61,442 nucleotides of DNA from an uncultured Clostridia bacterium (GCA_945918795.1 CAMEIT010000003.1:1-61442); one strand, 5' to 3'. Counted from the first letter of the stretch, positions 1-10,440 are shown. Notes: generated by a model from the sequence alone, not told the origin. Numbers and translations: made by a program.

Positions 1-357
<357 letters not shown>

Positions 358-722
358 TAGGGCATATACAATACTATATATTGACGAGGAGCAGATATTG
401 TGAATAAAAAATCGGCTCATCATTTGTTCTCAACGGGCACCAATTACGCATACAATAACGTACAGACAAGCAAAAATACAGCACCGTTTTAAAGTGATTC
501 ACTTTTTGTTAAGCTTTCAGGACAATAATTCGCTGTTTTGCAAATGCCGTTTTCCATTTTGAACAAAATTTATAGCTGTAAAATTGGGCAGTGTAACAAA
601 AATGTAAACTTCGAGTAAAAAAATTAAAAAAGTTGGTCATATTTTGATTTTTTATGATATAATTATAAAAAGTAAAGCATACTATACTTCTCAAAAATAC
701 TTAATTAAGGAAGGACTTTTTT

Positions 723-1748
723 ATGAAAAAGATATTGGCAATTATCCTTACAGTTGCTATGGCTACAACATTGCTTTGCTCAACTGCAATGGCAGCTTCT
801 GTTGCTCCTGTATATTGGGATCTTGAGATCGAGCTTAGAAAAGCTGATCCGGATAACGTTGTTAAAGACGGTGTCATCGGCGAGAACGAGTATGAAAAGA
901 TTGATGTCAATAACGATCTGTTGTGGCTCAACTACAATACAGTTATCGAAGATGGTTTTGGCAAGATATTAGAGAATTCTGCAAAGGTTCGTGAATCCTT
1001 GGAATACTACTTCTCATGGGATGAAGTAAACGGCTTGAACTTTGCTGTTAGATATATTCCTCTCGAAGTAAAAAATGATTTCACTCCGGATGCTGACGGA
1101 GAATATGTAGTATCCAATCCTTTTGGCGCTATCATGTTCAACGCTTACTACAAAGATGATCCGAAGTACACACCTGAGGGCAAGAACAACGGTTGCTTAG
1201 TATATTCTTGGGCTACACAGAATACAGATACAAAGGATCTTATTACCGGCGTATACCAGAATGGTTACAAAGAGAACTACACAGTTGATAACATCTGCAT
1301 CGTTTATGATGAAAGCACAGGCTATGTAACATATGAATGGTCTGTTCCGCTTGATGCTCTTACACAGGAGCCTACTGTTGGCGGAGAATTCTACATTGTA
1401 ATCGCTGCTGCTTTCGGTCAGGGTAAAAACGGCCAGAGCTGGGGCGCTTGCGAAAAGAACCACTTCTCACTTAACCTCGGACAGTGGGGCTTCTACATGG
1501 GTCAGGAAACATGCACAGGCGGTCAGGCAACAGTTGTTAAGATTTCCGACGTAGCTGTTGGTTATGTTGAACCGACACCTACACCTACACCTGAGCCGAC
1601 ACCTACTCCGGATCCGGCTACACCTACACCGGCTGCTGAAGAACCTGCAGAAAGCAACAACACAGTTGACATCGTTATAATGGTTGTTGAAGCTGTTGTT
1701 ATCATAGCTCTCCTTGCAGCTCTCGTTATCAAGAAAAAGAAACAATAA
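723..1748 (+). CDS. secreted/surface protein of unknown function with PT-rich linker and C-terminal membrane anchor
   Basis: ORF track; AGGAAGGA RBS 7 nt upstream. Signal peptide MKKILAIILTVAMATTLLCSTAMA/AS. C-terminus is TPTPTPEPTPTPDPATPTP, then a hydrophobic helix and KKKKQ. No LPXTG. Confidence 0.75.
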   Translation: MKKILAIILTVAMATTLLCSTAMAASVAPVYWDLEIELRKADPDNVVKDGVIGENEYEKIDVNNDLLWLNYNTVIEDGFGKILENSAKVRESLEYYFSWDEVNGLNFAVRYIPLEVKNDFTPDADGEYVVSNPFGAIMFNAYYKDDPKYTPEGKNNGCLVYSWATQNTDTKDLITGVYQNGYKENYTVDNICIVYDESTGYVTYEWSVPLDALTQEPTVGGEFYIVIAAAFGQGKNGQSWGACEKNHFSLNLGQWGFYMGQETCTGGQATVVKISDVAVGYVEPTPTPTPEPTPTPDPATPTPAAEEPAESNNTVDIVIMVVEAVVIIALLAALVIKKKKQ

Positions 1749-1797
1749 TAAATAAGTAAAATATACTTACATTAAGAGAAGTAATGTATGTACGTCA

Positions 1798-1843
1798 CCG
1801 GCTCGGATGCAGACAGCTGTATCTGAGCCGGCTACTTTTTTAT
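1798..1843 (+). terminator. intrinsic terminator after 723..1748
   Basis: ccggctc...gagccgg stem (with inner gat-cag/ctg-atc pairing) followed by cTACTTTTTTATT. Confidence 0.7.
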
Positions 1844-1921
1844 TAAATAAAATCTGCGTCGTTCTGAAAGCGCAGTGCCGCTCATATAATAATACCGTCA
1901 ATAATTGCAAAGGAGCCGAAT

Positions 1922-2854
1922 ATGTCGTATATAATAGATACCCACTGCGATACTCTCGCACTGTTGAACAAAAACAATTTCCTGTGCGGAAGCAGCAATA
2001 TGAATTTGTCCCTTCCGAGGCTTATACGCGGAGATGTAAAATTACAGTGCTTCGCCGTATGCGTGCATCCCGATTCAAACGGAAAATGCTTTTATGATGG
2101 AATGAAGCTTATCAATGAATACGACAAACTCACAAGCAATACTCATATGCTCATGTCAATAAAAAACAAAGGGGATATAAAAGAGCTTCTTGCATCAGAC
2201 AAAATAGGCGCAATGCTTACTGTCGAGGGAGGCGATATGCTTGAGGGGAACAAGGATAATTTTGATATTCTGTTTGAAAAAGGCATGAGGATGTTCTCGC
2301 CCACATGGAACAATTCAAACTGTCTTTGCGGTGGCATAGGAGAAAACTCAGACGGTCTGACAGATTTCGGCAAGGAAATACTACTCCGTTGTGAGGAAAA
2401 AGGCGTCATTATCGATGTCTCGCATATATCCGAAAAGGGATTTTGGGACACAGCCGAGCTTGCCTCAAAGCCTTTTATCGCGTCACATTCAAATGCCAAA
2501 AGCGTATGCTCCAACAAGAGGAACCTCGACAACAAACAGCTTGAGGCAATCAAAGCTCATTCGGGGTGCGTCGGCGTTAATTTTTATCCGCCGTTTCTGA
2601 ATAATTCGGGCAAAGCGTCGACAGATGACATAATACGCCACATTGAATATATCGCCTCATACATAGGCATAGAATACGTATCTATAGGCTCCGACTTTGA
2701 CGGCGTGGAAAACGATCTTCCGAAAGGAATGGAGCATCCGGGGAAATTGCAAAATCTTTGCGAACGGCTCAGAAAATTGAACTATTCGGAAAGCGATATT
2801 GACCTTGTATGCCATGGAAATATGCTCAGAATTATGAACTGTGTTCTAAAATAA
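1922..2854 (+). CDS. membrane dipeptidase, peptidase family M19
   Basis: N-terminal IIDTHCDTL, plus DVSHIS, ASHSNA and GSDFDG metal-binding motifs typical of renal-dipeptidase-type enzymes. Confidence 0.9.
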   Translation: MSYIIDTHCDTLALLNKNNFLCGSSNMNLSLPRLIRGDVKLQCFAVCVHPDSNGKCFYDGMKLINEYDKLTSNTHMLMSIKNKGDIKELLASDKIGAMLTVEGGDMLEGNKDNFDILFEKGMRMFSPTWNNSNCLCGGIGENSDGLTDFGKEILLRCEEKGVIIDVSHISEKGFWDTAELASKPFIASHSNAKSVCSNKRNLDNKQLEAIKAHSGCVGVNFYPPFLNNSGKASTDDIIRHIEYIASYIGIEYVSIGSDFDGVENDLPKGMEHPGKLQNLCERLRKLNYSESDIDLVCHGNMLRIMNCVLK

Positions 2855-2951
2855 TATACAGCCACTTAAAATACACATACACGGTTGACTGTTTGTCTGA
2901 AAAATGTTATACTATATTTAGTGCAACAGAATATCGGGCGGTGAAATAAAA

Positions 2952-3884
2952 ATGTTATACTCCATATATCAAAATGAAGTACGGCAAGCAGATAAATACG
3001 AAAAACAGTACGGCAGATTATATATAGGCAGATTCGACAGTATAAACGGCGATATGTGTAAAGATATCGACCTGTCTGACGAAATTGCGGCAGAAATGAA
3101 TCGCAAAAGAAAATATATCCGCAGGAGCATAGAATGCGACGGCAAAACAATATTGGGTTCGGTCAGATTCAAGGATTCCGAAAAAAGCAATTCGGAAATT
3201 GACGATATTATATTTATTGTAACGGAAGATATGTTTCTGACTGTGAAGGCTCGTGATGAAAACGGCAGCTTCGATTCCATGTTTGACAATTTTGTGCTTT
3301 CATGCGGCTCCAAAACTCAGATAACGGAAATTGTGGCGTCATTTTTTACTCTTATAATGCGTGGAAACGATATGTTCATAGAGGAATACAGCAGTAAAAT
3401 AATGAAGCTTGAGGAAAGCATTGTAAGCGGTAAAACACACAAGAATCTCAATTCCGCAATATTCCGTCTTAAAGCGGACATTCAAACGCGCAGAATGCTT
3501 CTTGACGACCTGATTTCAACGGGTGAGGAAATGCTTGATGAATGCCCGTCGCTCCTTAAAAATCAAAGTGACAAGCCATTGCGCAAATTTGTTTCGAGGG
3601 CGAGAGATTACAGAACCGCTTATGAATATCTCATTGAAAACATCATTCATCTGCGCGAGGTATACGACGCTGAAATTAACAACGGAATCAATTCCACAAT
3701 GAAGCTTTTGAGCATAGTTTCAACGATATTCCTGCCGCTCATGTTTATTGCAGGCTGGTACGGAATGAACTTCAAATATATGCCGGAGCTTTCATGGAAA
3801 TACGGCTATCCGCTCGCTTTGGGAGTCGGGCTTGCGATTGTCGCGATAATGATAATTATATTCAGAAAAAAGAAAATGCTTTGA
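2952..3884 (+). CDS. corA: CorA-family Mg2+/Co2+ transporter
   Basis: 310 aa. GWYGMNF (GMN) signature before the last of two C-terminal TM helices, with a basic tail. Confidence 0.85.
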   Translation: MLYSIYQNEVRQADKYEKQYGRLYIGRFDSINGDMCKDIDLSDEIAAEMNRKRKYIRRSIECDGKTILGSVRFKDSEKSNSEIDDIIFIVTEDMFLTVKARDENGSFDSMFDNFVLSCGSKTQITEIVASFFTLIMRGNDMFIEEYSSKIMKLEESIVSGKTHKNLNSAIFRLKADIQTRRMLLDDLISTGEEMLDECPSLLKNQSDKPLRKFVSRARDYRTAYEYLIENIIHLREVYDAEINNGINSTMKLLSIVSTIFLPLMFIAGWYGMNFKYMPELSWKYGYPLALGVGLAIVAIMIIIFRKKKML

Positions 3885-3962
3885 TATTTTTAATATAAAT
3901 AACGATGTACTTAATGAAGCCGTGACGATAGATTGAATGTCCCCCGACTGCAAAGTATATAA

Positions 3963-3996
3963 AATCCTCCGTATAATTCGACCTATACGGAGGATT
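3963..3996. terminator. hairpin between convergent genes (bidirectional terminator candidate)
   Basis: atcctccgtata-attcgacc-tatacggaggat, a 12-bp perfect stem. T-run (cgttatttt) on + and A-run upstream, serving corA (+) and 4046..5515 (-). Confidence 0.65.
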
Positions 3997-4045
3997 CGTT
4001 ATTTTGCAAAGTTGCCATTATGGCAAGCTTTGGTTTTGTGATTTT

Positions 4046-5515
4046 TCAGAGCATCGGCACAGGTATTCCCACCCCGTATTCCCATGTGCTTATGTGAGCA
4101 TTGTCACCTATATATTCCCGTAGCTCTTCTCTTTCAACCTCTTTATAGGTACCGTCCGAAAACGCTATCAGGTACATATCGTCATAATATTGTGTATAAT
4201 AATCGTCTTTCTTGCAGAATCGCCACGCAACCTTAACTACACCGTAAACGCCGTCATCTGTTTTACTGTACCAGCCCAAAGCCGAGCACGAAAGTCTGAA
4301 CAGAGCCGCATACCCTTTAGTATGACGCGGAACAATGTTTTCAATATCGAGCCCTTCTATAATCGAGCCTATATCCGGTATACTCTCCATATCGCTCTCG
4401 GTAAAGCGCGGTCCCATATATGTTACGCTTGCCTTCTCTCCGTTTTCTCCGGGCATCGTAATTCTTATTTTTTCATCCGAATAAAATCCGTTTATTATTC
4501 TGCTGTAAAAAACCGTAACTCCGTCATTATATCTGTGGCACTCATTCGTGAACACGCCGTTTTCAAGTGAGCTTAAATATTCAATCACATCGGCAGTCTC
4601 GTCGCACAAAAGCGTATCGAATGTCAAAACCTTTTTAAGTGTATCGAAATTGTCATAATCGTCCTTGTCATTGTTTAATTCTCTTATTTTGTTTTTTGTA
4701 TACTGAATCGTACAGCCGGGCCTTGCGGGATATTTGTCTTTCAAGCTTATTGTAAAGCTGTTTTTCCAATATTTCTCTTCCCATATGCTCTCATCAAGCT
4801 TGCCGCCTGTAAATGCAATCACAGAGCCCGCCGGAGCATAAGTCGCATAATCCGCCCTGCTTATCCCGAACAAAAATCTGAATGACTCAATATGGTTTGT
4901 ATTATTGTTTATGAGAATATAATTTTCAAGTCCGAGCTGTTCTATGCCCAGAACAAGCCTTTCATACCCCGCAATATAATCTGCCGTAATAGCGGGAACC
5001 ATATAATATATTTCATTAGGCACGCCCTCGCCCACAATAACGTCGCACACCTCAAGCTTTAAAACCTTGTATTCGGGAGCCTTGCGGTATCTGCCCGTTT
5101 CAACATATACGTCCGGGAGAACCTCCTTAACGTATGCTTCAACGGCAATACCGCACGCAAATCTGAACTCCGGGAATGCAAGCTCCGGCTCCAAACCGAA
5201 GCTGAAATCAGGTTGTCCGTCTGCAACGCCTCCGGATGGTTTTTTGCCGACAATTTCCTTATACTGCACGCCAGTCAGCTTATCCTGACTGACAATATTG
5301 TAATTCAAAGTATCCACAGTTGAATTCATCGGCACATAAATATAATTTGAAACTCCGAATATACAAAGCAATACAACAGCCGCGCACAAGCACGCCGCCA
5401 CTGCCATACGCCATATAGTAACCGTTTTCTTTTTGCGCTTTTTGCAATTCATTGCATCATTTACATAGTCGTCCTTTATAAGACCTATCGCATCAAGCAA
5501 TTCATTCGCTTTCAT
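4046..5515 (-). CDS. membrane-anchored protein, putative anti-sigma factor with large extracytoplasmic domain
   Basis: Its start overlaps the sigma-factor stop (TAATG). It has a short cytoplasmic N-terminus, KKRKKK, one TM helix (WRMAVAACLCAAVVLLCIFGV), then about 430 aa with no motif I recognise. Confidence 0.55.
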   Translation of the reverse strand: MKANELLDAIGLIKDDYVNDAMNCKKRKKKTVTIWRMAVAACLCAAVVLLCIFGVSNYIYVPMNSTVDTLNYNIVSQDKLTGVQYKEIVGKKPSGGVADGQPDFSFGLEPELAFPEFRFACGIAVEAYVKEVLPDVYVETGRYRKAPEYKVLKLEVCDVIVGEGVPNEIYYMVPAITADYIAGYERLVLGIEQLGLENYILINNNTNHIESFRFLFGISRADYATYAPAGSVIAFTGGKLDESIWEEKYWKNSFTISLKDKYPARPGCTIQYTKNKIRELNNDKDDYDNFDTLKKVLTFDTLLCDETADVIEYLSSLENGVFTNECHRYNDGVTVFYSRIINGFYSDEKIRITMPGENGEKASVTYMGPRFTESDMESIPDIGSIIEGLDIENIVPRHTKGYAALFRLSCSALGWYSKTDDGVYGVVKVAWRFCKKDDYYTQYYDDMYLIAFSDGTYKEVEREELREYIGDNAHISTWEYGVGIPVPML

Positions 5516-6075
5516 TATAAAATCCCCTTTCCCTCAAGGTGTCGTTTGAGCCGCTTTCGTGTGCGGCAAAGCTCGGTTTTTACCTTGCTTTCGGAAAATC
5601 CCGTGCTTTCGGCTATATCACCGACAGACTCAAAAAGCCAATATCGCTTTACGAATATTATTCTCGCATCTTCACTTTGTACTGACAGAAAATCATCTAT
5701 TATCTCTGCAAGCTCCTTCGCCTCAAGGTGACTGTCCGTTGTGTTTTTGCCGTCGGGCAGACATTCCTCAAGCTCTTCGAGCGCAAGCGGCACCTCTCCG
5801 CCTCCGCGGCAAAGGGCATTCTTGCCCCTTAATCTGCCAAGCGAAACTCGCCGCGTTATTTTGCCGAGAAATATCGAAAGCATCTGTGGTCTGTGAGGCG
5901 GCATACTGTTCCACGCCCCAAGATACGTATCGTTAACGCTTTCTTCTGAATCTTCCCTGTTTCTAAGTATCCTGTATGCAATCGCATAGCAATAATTCCC
6001 GTATTTGATCTGTGTCTGCTTTATTGCATCCTCACATCTGCTCCAATACAGGTTCACTATTGTTTCGTCATCCAT
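5515..6075 (-). CDS. RNA polymerase sigma-70 family factor, ECF-type
   Basis: Region 2 (YAIAYRILRNREDSEESVNDTYLGAW) and region 4 HTH (VGDIAESTGFSESKVKTELCRTRKRLK). The track ORF begins at a TTG (6117). I prefer ATG 6075 (MDDETIVNLYW), which is preceded by AGGACGGTAGGGGAA. Confidence 0.85.
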   Translation of the reverse strand: MDDETIVNLYWSRCEDAIKQTQIKYGNYCYAIAYRILRNREDSEESVNDTYLGAWNSMPPHRPQMLSIFLGKITRRVSLGRLRGKNALCRGGGEVPLALEELEECLPDGKNTTDSHLEAKELAEIIDDFLSVQSEDARIIFVKRYWLFESVGDIAESTGFSESKVKTELCRTRKRLKRHLEGKGIL

Positions 6076-6258
6076 TTCCCCTACCGTCCTGTAAATTAAT
6101 TTACAATTCCGTTTCAATTAAATAAATCGGCGCCGTGCAAATAATTGAGATCGATCCCCTGACAGCATCAAAATAAAGCTGTTTATGTTTTTGAGTCTGC
6201 TAAAATATAACCTTCTACTGTATATACTCGCGAAAAAATCAAAAAGGTTACTTTTAAA

Positions 6259-6284
6259 TGAAAAAAGCTTCGTTTTATCGAAGC
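6259..6284 (-). terminator. weak intrinsic terminator overlapping the stop of 6275..6778
   Basis: Minus strand GCTTCG-ATAAAA-CGAAGC followed by TTTTTT. The stem is only 6 bp. Confidence 0.45.
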
Positions 6285-6778
6285 CTCTGACTGTCTCCGT
6301 CTATGCCGAGCCGTTTTGCAACGTCCTTCATAGCGTCGAAATATATGTTGCTCTTTGAATTTGCCACAAGGAACACAAGGAGCACCACCTGAGCATACGC
6401 CGCCAATATAAACGCGCCTGCATAAAGCTTTACGGGCAGCATCACATCCGCAAACAGCAGTGAATAAATCCCTTCCTTAAATGTCTGGATTATCATGAAT
6501 ATTCCGCCCAATATAGGCAAGAACGCAAGAGTCTTTACTCCCTGATATATGGTCCACACAAAAAGCACCGTCACAAGCAGCACAACGGTGTTGAGAACCG
6601 AAAACTCCGCAACATCCAACAGCACGCAATAATATTCCGTTACAAGCTGGAATACTCTCGTTGCAAGCCAAATCAATACGATAACACCTGTAAATCTTTT
6701 TGCCGAAAGCACCTCCGGTCTTTCGCGCATTACCTTGTCGATAAGCTGTTTTTTCTTTTCCTGAATTTCATTTGCCAT
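6275..6778 (-). CDS. small integral membrane protein, unknown function
   Basis: 167 aa, about 4 predicted TM helices, charged N-terminus. Not overlapped by any stronger ORF. Confidence 0.6.
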   Translation of the reverse strand: MANEIQEKKKQLIDKVMRERPEVLSAKRFTGVIVLIWLATRVFQLVTEYYCVLLDVAEFSVLNTVVLLVTVLFVWTIYQGVKTLAFLPILGGIFMIIQTFKEGIYSLLFADVMLPVKLYAGAFILAAYAQVVLLVFLVANSKSNIYFDAMKDVAKRLGIDGDSQRLR

Positions 6779-7101
6779 GTCAATATTATCCCTTCCCCCG
6801 CCGTATTCGCGTCGGTGTTTTTCTTTATTTTATTATACATTATTTTATATTTTAAAACAACATTTTTTTGTATTTCAGGCAGAAGCGCTTCAATTTCAAT
6901 AAAAAATCGCTTTATATTATTGACAACATTCTGTCCGTATGCTATAATCAACCCGGAATAATATTTGAATATAAACGGCTGACTTACCGTAAAGCTTCGA
7001 CCCGACAGCATTTACTTAAAAAGTCGCCAAGTAAAATCATTTATGCAATATCGGCAACAAAAGGCAACGGCTTTTTGTTGCAAAAAGAAAGGAAATTAAT
7101 T

Positions 7102-9147
7102 ATGACCGACGGTATCAAATTGTATGTGTCCACAACAGGCTCAGACAATAATAACGGATCCGAACAGCATCCGTTTGCTACGCCTTCAAAAGCGGTAGCT
7201 GAAGTAAGAAGTATAATCGAAAAAGGGCTCACAGCACCTGTTACGGTTTATTTTCACAAGGGAGAATATAACGCAGACAATCTCGAGTTCACACCTGCCG
7301 ACAGCGGCACACAAGAATTCCCCGTAAAATACTGTGCATACGGCGACGGAGAAGTAATATTCAACAGCGGTGCATCTCTTGACAACAAAAAATTCAAGCC
7401 TGTTTCCGACGAAATACGCGAGAGACTCTCAGGTGACGCAAAGGAACACGTTCTCGTATGCGACCTCAAAGAGTGCGGCATAAGCAAGGACGAAAACGGC
7501 GGCTTATACATTCACGGAGCATACTGCGGCGCGCCTAAATCCGATGACGATTCAAGCGGCAGAGACTGCGAGCTGTTCTGGAATGACAAGCGTCTTGTTC
7601 TGGCAAGATACCCGAATGAGGGATTCCTCGAAATCAAAGATATGTGCCCCGATGACACGGATGAGGCAACACGTCTGCACAAGCAAAATTGTCCGGGCGG
7701 CTGCACGGTAACGATCGACGAGGACACAAGCAACAGAATAAAAGCATGGAAAACACCCGAAACGACATGGATGCACGGATATTTTTATTGGGATTGGTCA
7801 TTCGGTTCCACACCCGTTGTCAAATTTGACACGGACCTTCAAAGAGTTTACATGAAGCACGCAACTGCATACGGTGCAAAGGACGGCGGAACATATTATT
7901 TCTCAAACGTTCTCGAAGAGCTTGATATTCCGGGCGAATATTATTTTGACAAGGACGAGCTCATGCTTTACGTATATCCTATCGGCAATATCGACGAAGC
8001 AAACATTATGTTCTCCGCTTCACGCAATCCGATTATAAACATGAAGGGTGCTTCATATATTACATTTGACGGAATAACACTCAAGGGCGCACACAACCAC
8101 GCAATCGATATGAATGCTTCTGACTGCCAAATAAGTAACTGCAAAATTCTCGATGTTTACGGCTGGGCAATAATGATGAACGGTTGCGGAAATACAGTCT
8201 ACGGCTGTGAAATAACTCATACGGGCAGAGGCGGTATTTCAATTTCGGGTGGAGACAGAAAAACGCTCACACCTGCAAACAATGTTGCTGAAAACAACTA
8301 CATTCACGATTGGGCAGAGGTATACCTCACATACAGCTCGGGTATAGAGCTTGTAGGCTGCGGCAATACTGCTACACACAACGAGCTTGCAAGAACAACG
8401 CACATGGCTATATACTACAACGGAAACGATAATATTATTGAATACAACTACATTCACGAGGTAGTACAGCAGTCGCACGATGCCGGCGCAGTATACGGCG
8501 GAAGAGATTGGGCAGGCTACGGCAATATAATCAGATACAATATTATTGAAAACGTAGGCAATGACAAGTACACACCTGTCGGAATATATTGGGACGATGC
8601 TCAGTCCGGACAAACGGCTTACGGCAACATTATAAAGAACGCTGTCGGCAAATCATTCCTCATAGGCGGCGGACGCGACAACACGGTTGAAAATAACATG
8701 ATGATCGTAAGCGAATATCCCATGCTTTTCGATGACAGAGCAATCGAGGGTATCGTTAAAAACGGCTGGTACAACGGCGGTCGTAAGGGCGGCATGAACT
8801 GGGGCATTATGAATCAGATGCCTATCAGAAGCGAAATATGGGCAAAACGCTTCCCGACACTCGCAAAAGTAAACGATAATTTTGATAATGTCGACGATCC
8901 CGACTTCGCGCCGAACCCGTCACGCGCCGTTATAAGAAACAATGTGTGCGTATGCTACAATGATTACGGCTTCTTCGTTGCCGAATCCGTAAGAAAGCTC
9001 GGTACTATCGAAAATAACCTCGTATTTTCGAACGAGGACGAATGTATCGTTCCTGGCAGCAAGTATGAGCTTAAGCCTGAGGTTAAAAAGCAGCTTCCCG
9101 AATTCAAGGATATACCGGTAGACGAAATAGGCCTTTACAAGAAATAA
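7102..9147 (+). CDS. right-handed parallel beta-helix repeat protein (pectate-lyase fold; glycan lyase/hydrolase-like)
   Basis: Start chosen at MTDGIKLYVSTTGSDNNNG (AAAGGAAA RBS); the track ORF extends upstream to 6868. The N-terminal motif is typical of the DUF1565/beta-helix family. Repeated G..I.....NN.I / N.V..N.I rungs. No signal peptide. Confidence 0.8.
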   Translation: MTDGIKLYVSTTGSDNNNGSEQHPFATPSKAVAEVRSIIEKGLTAPVTVYFHKGEYNADNLEFTPADSGTQEFPVKYCAYGDGEVIFNSGASLDNKKFKPVSDEIRERLSGDAKEHVLVCDLKECGISKDENGGLYIHGAYCGAPKSDDDSSGRDCELFWNDKRLVLARYPNEGFLEIKDMCPDDTDEATRLHKQNCPGGCTVTIDEDTSNRIKAWKTPETTWMHGYFYWDWSFGSTPVVKFDTDLQRVYMKHATAYGAKDGGTYYFSNVLEELDIPGEYYFDKDELMLYVYPIGNIDEANIMFSASRNPIINMKGASYITFDGITLKGAHNHAIDMNASDCQISNCKILDVYGWAIMMNGCGNTVYGCEITHTGRGGISISGGDRKTLTPANNVAENNYIHDWAEVYLTYSSGIELVGCGNTATHNELARTTHMAIYYNGNDNIIEYNYIHEVVQQSHDAGAVYGGRDWAGYGNIIRYNIIENVGNDKYTPVGIYWDDAQSGQTAYGNIIKNAVGKSFLIGGGRDNTVENNMMIVSEYPMLFDDRAIEGIVKNGWYNGGRKGGMNWGIMNQMPIRSEIWAKRFPTLAKVNDNFDNVDDPDFAPNPSRAVIRNNVCVCYNDYGFFVAESVRKLGTIENNLVFSNEDECIVPGSKYELKPEVKKQLPEFKDIPVDEIGLYKK

Positions 9148-9204
9148 ATCAACTCACAAAGAAAGGATGTCTTTGCTTGTAAAAAAACAAAGCGGCTTTG
9201 AATC

Positions 9205-10191
9205 ATGAATGAAATAAATTATAAAGCATCTCAGATAGTGGGCAAAAAGCCTGTTATCACCAAGCTCGGAGCAATAAGAGACAGCGGCGAACAAACACCG
9301 TTCGTTTTTAACGGAGAACTCCTCATTGCCGAAACAATAGACGTTACACACGCGGAAAATATGCTCGGCAAGCCGTACTTCAGAATACGCAACGTTGAAA
9401 GCGGATTTTTGTATCCTCCGTTTGCCGAGGGTTGTTATTTTTCATCTGCTTATACCGAAAACGGAACAGTGTACGTTTTCGGAACAACAGGTTGCGGTCT
9501 TAACGCCGATTGGACAGAGGGCGACCCTCGCGGAGGCAGTACGGTACGTATGTTTTGGTCTGATGACCTATACAAATGGTCCTGCAAGGATATTATAACA
9601 CTCCCCGAATGGAGACTCTGGAATACATCTGTTTGTAAGGACGATACAGGCTATAAAATGGCTTTCGAGGTAATGGGTAAACAGGAATATCCTGCAAGAA
9701 ACAGCGTTGCAGGCGTTCCGTTTACCGAATTTTTCGCACAGTCCGATGATCTTTTTAATTGGACCGTCATGCCCGATGAATACTCTTACAGCGCAAGCAG
9801 ATACGTCGCTTGCCCTGCACTCAGATATGACGCCGAAGAAAAATATTATTATATGGTGTGCCTCGAAGCTCTCCCTGCCGCAAGATACGCTCCCTACATA
9901 TATAGATCGCGTAACCTTAAGGATTGGGAAATAGGCTACCATAATCCTGTCTTAATGTATGACGATGATGATAGAAAGGTTAAACCCGATGCTCACGTTG
10001 AGTTCAGCGCAGAACAGCTCTATAAACTCAAAAATTATATTAATATAAATAATAGTGACCTCGATTTCTGTGAGTATAAGGGGAAAACTTATATATTCTA
10101 CCTCACCGGTAATCAGCAAACATATGGCTTCATGTGCGAGGCTGTGTATGACGGCGGCTTGTATGATTTCTTGAGAGCCTTTTTTAGGTGA
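9205..10191 (+). CDS. hypothetical protein, possibly a beta-propeller-type glycosidase partner of the beta-helix protein
   Basis: 328-aa ORF 57 nt downstream of 7102..9147 on the same strand, with W/Y/D-rich repeated segments. The family was not recognised with confidence. Confidence 0.55.
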   Translation: MNEINYKASQIVGKKPVITKLGAIRDSGEQTPFVFNGELLIAETIDVTHAENMLGKPYFRIRNVESGFLYPPFAEGCYFSSAYTENGTVYVFGTTGCGLNADWTEGDPRGGSTVRMFWSDDLYKWSCKDIITLPEWRLWNTSVCKDDTGYKMAFEVMGKQEYPARNSVAGVPFTEFFAQSDDLFNWTVMPDEYSYSASRYVACPALRYDAEEKYYYMVCLEALPAARYAPYIYRSRNLKDWEIGYHNPVLMYDDDDRKVKPDAHVEFSAEQLYKLKNYININNSDLDFCEYKGKTYIFYLTGNQQTYGFMCEAVYDGGLYDFLRAFFR

Positions 10192-10198
10192 TTTTTTC

Positions 10199-10275
10199 GT
10201 GAGGCTCTGCCTCACACTCCGCAAGCCCCTTTTTCGGGGCTTTGCCCCGAACCCCACAAGCCTTGAAAAGGCTTG
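10199..10275. repeat. cluster of four short GC-rich hairpins
   Basis: gtgaggc-tct-gcctcac (10199-10215), gcccc-tttttc-ggggc (10225-10240), ggggc-ttt-gcccc (10236-10248), caagcc-ttgaaaa-ggcttg (10257-10275). Confidence 0.7.
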
Positions 10276-10319
10276 AGCGAAACTTTAAACTACTTTGTAG
10301 CTGGCAATCAGCCTCGCCG

Positions 10320-10440
10320 GTGGTCGTCGAGTCAGATTGCCATTTGCTTTTCGTTTCTTTTTAAGTAAGATATGCTGTATATCAATATTTCTTCGTTAAG
10401 ATTAAAAAGAAACACAAATGAAAAGCAGCTTAAAGTTTGC
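10320..10440. repeat. intergenic repeat unit 1 (long hairpin element)
   Basis: Begins with the 26-mer gtggtcgtcgagtcagattgccattt, identical to 10498-10523. Internal arms gtttcttttta/taaaaagaaac and tgcttttc/gaaaagca. Ends with aagcagcttaaagtttgc, which is inverted relative to 10276-10294. Confidence 0.65.

Noticed and set aside
6868-7101. N-terminal extensions offered by the ORF track (6868 for the beta-helix gene, 46536-46658 for thiW, 6076-6117 for the sigma factor, 32000-32074 for the LbH gene, 44520-44573 for HAD, 45205-45237 for thiE)
   Set aside because: Internal ATGs with proper RBSs coincide with the conserved family N-termini. The extensions overlap promoters, the riboswitch leader or upstream genes, or start at non-ATG codons.
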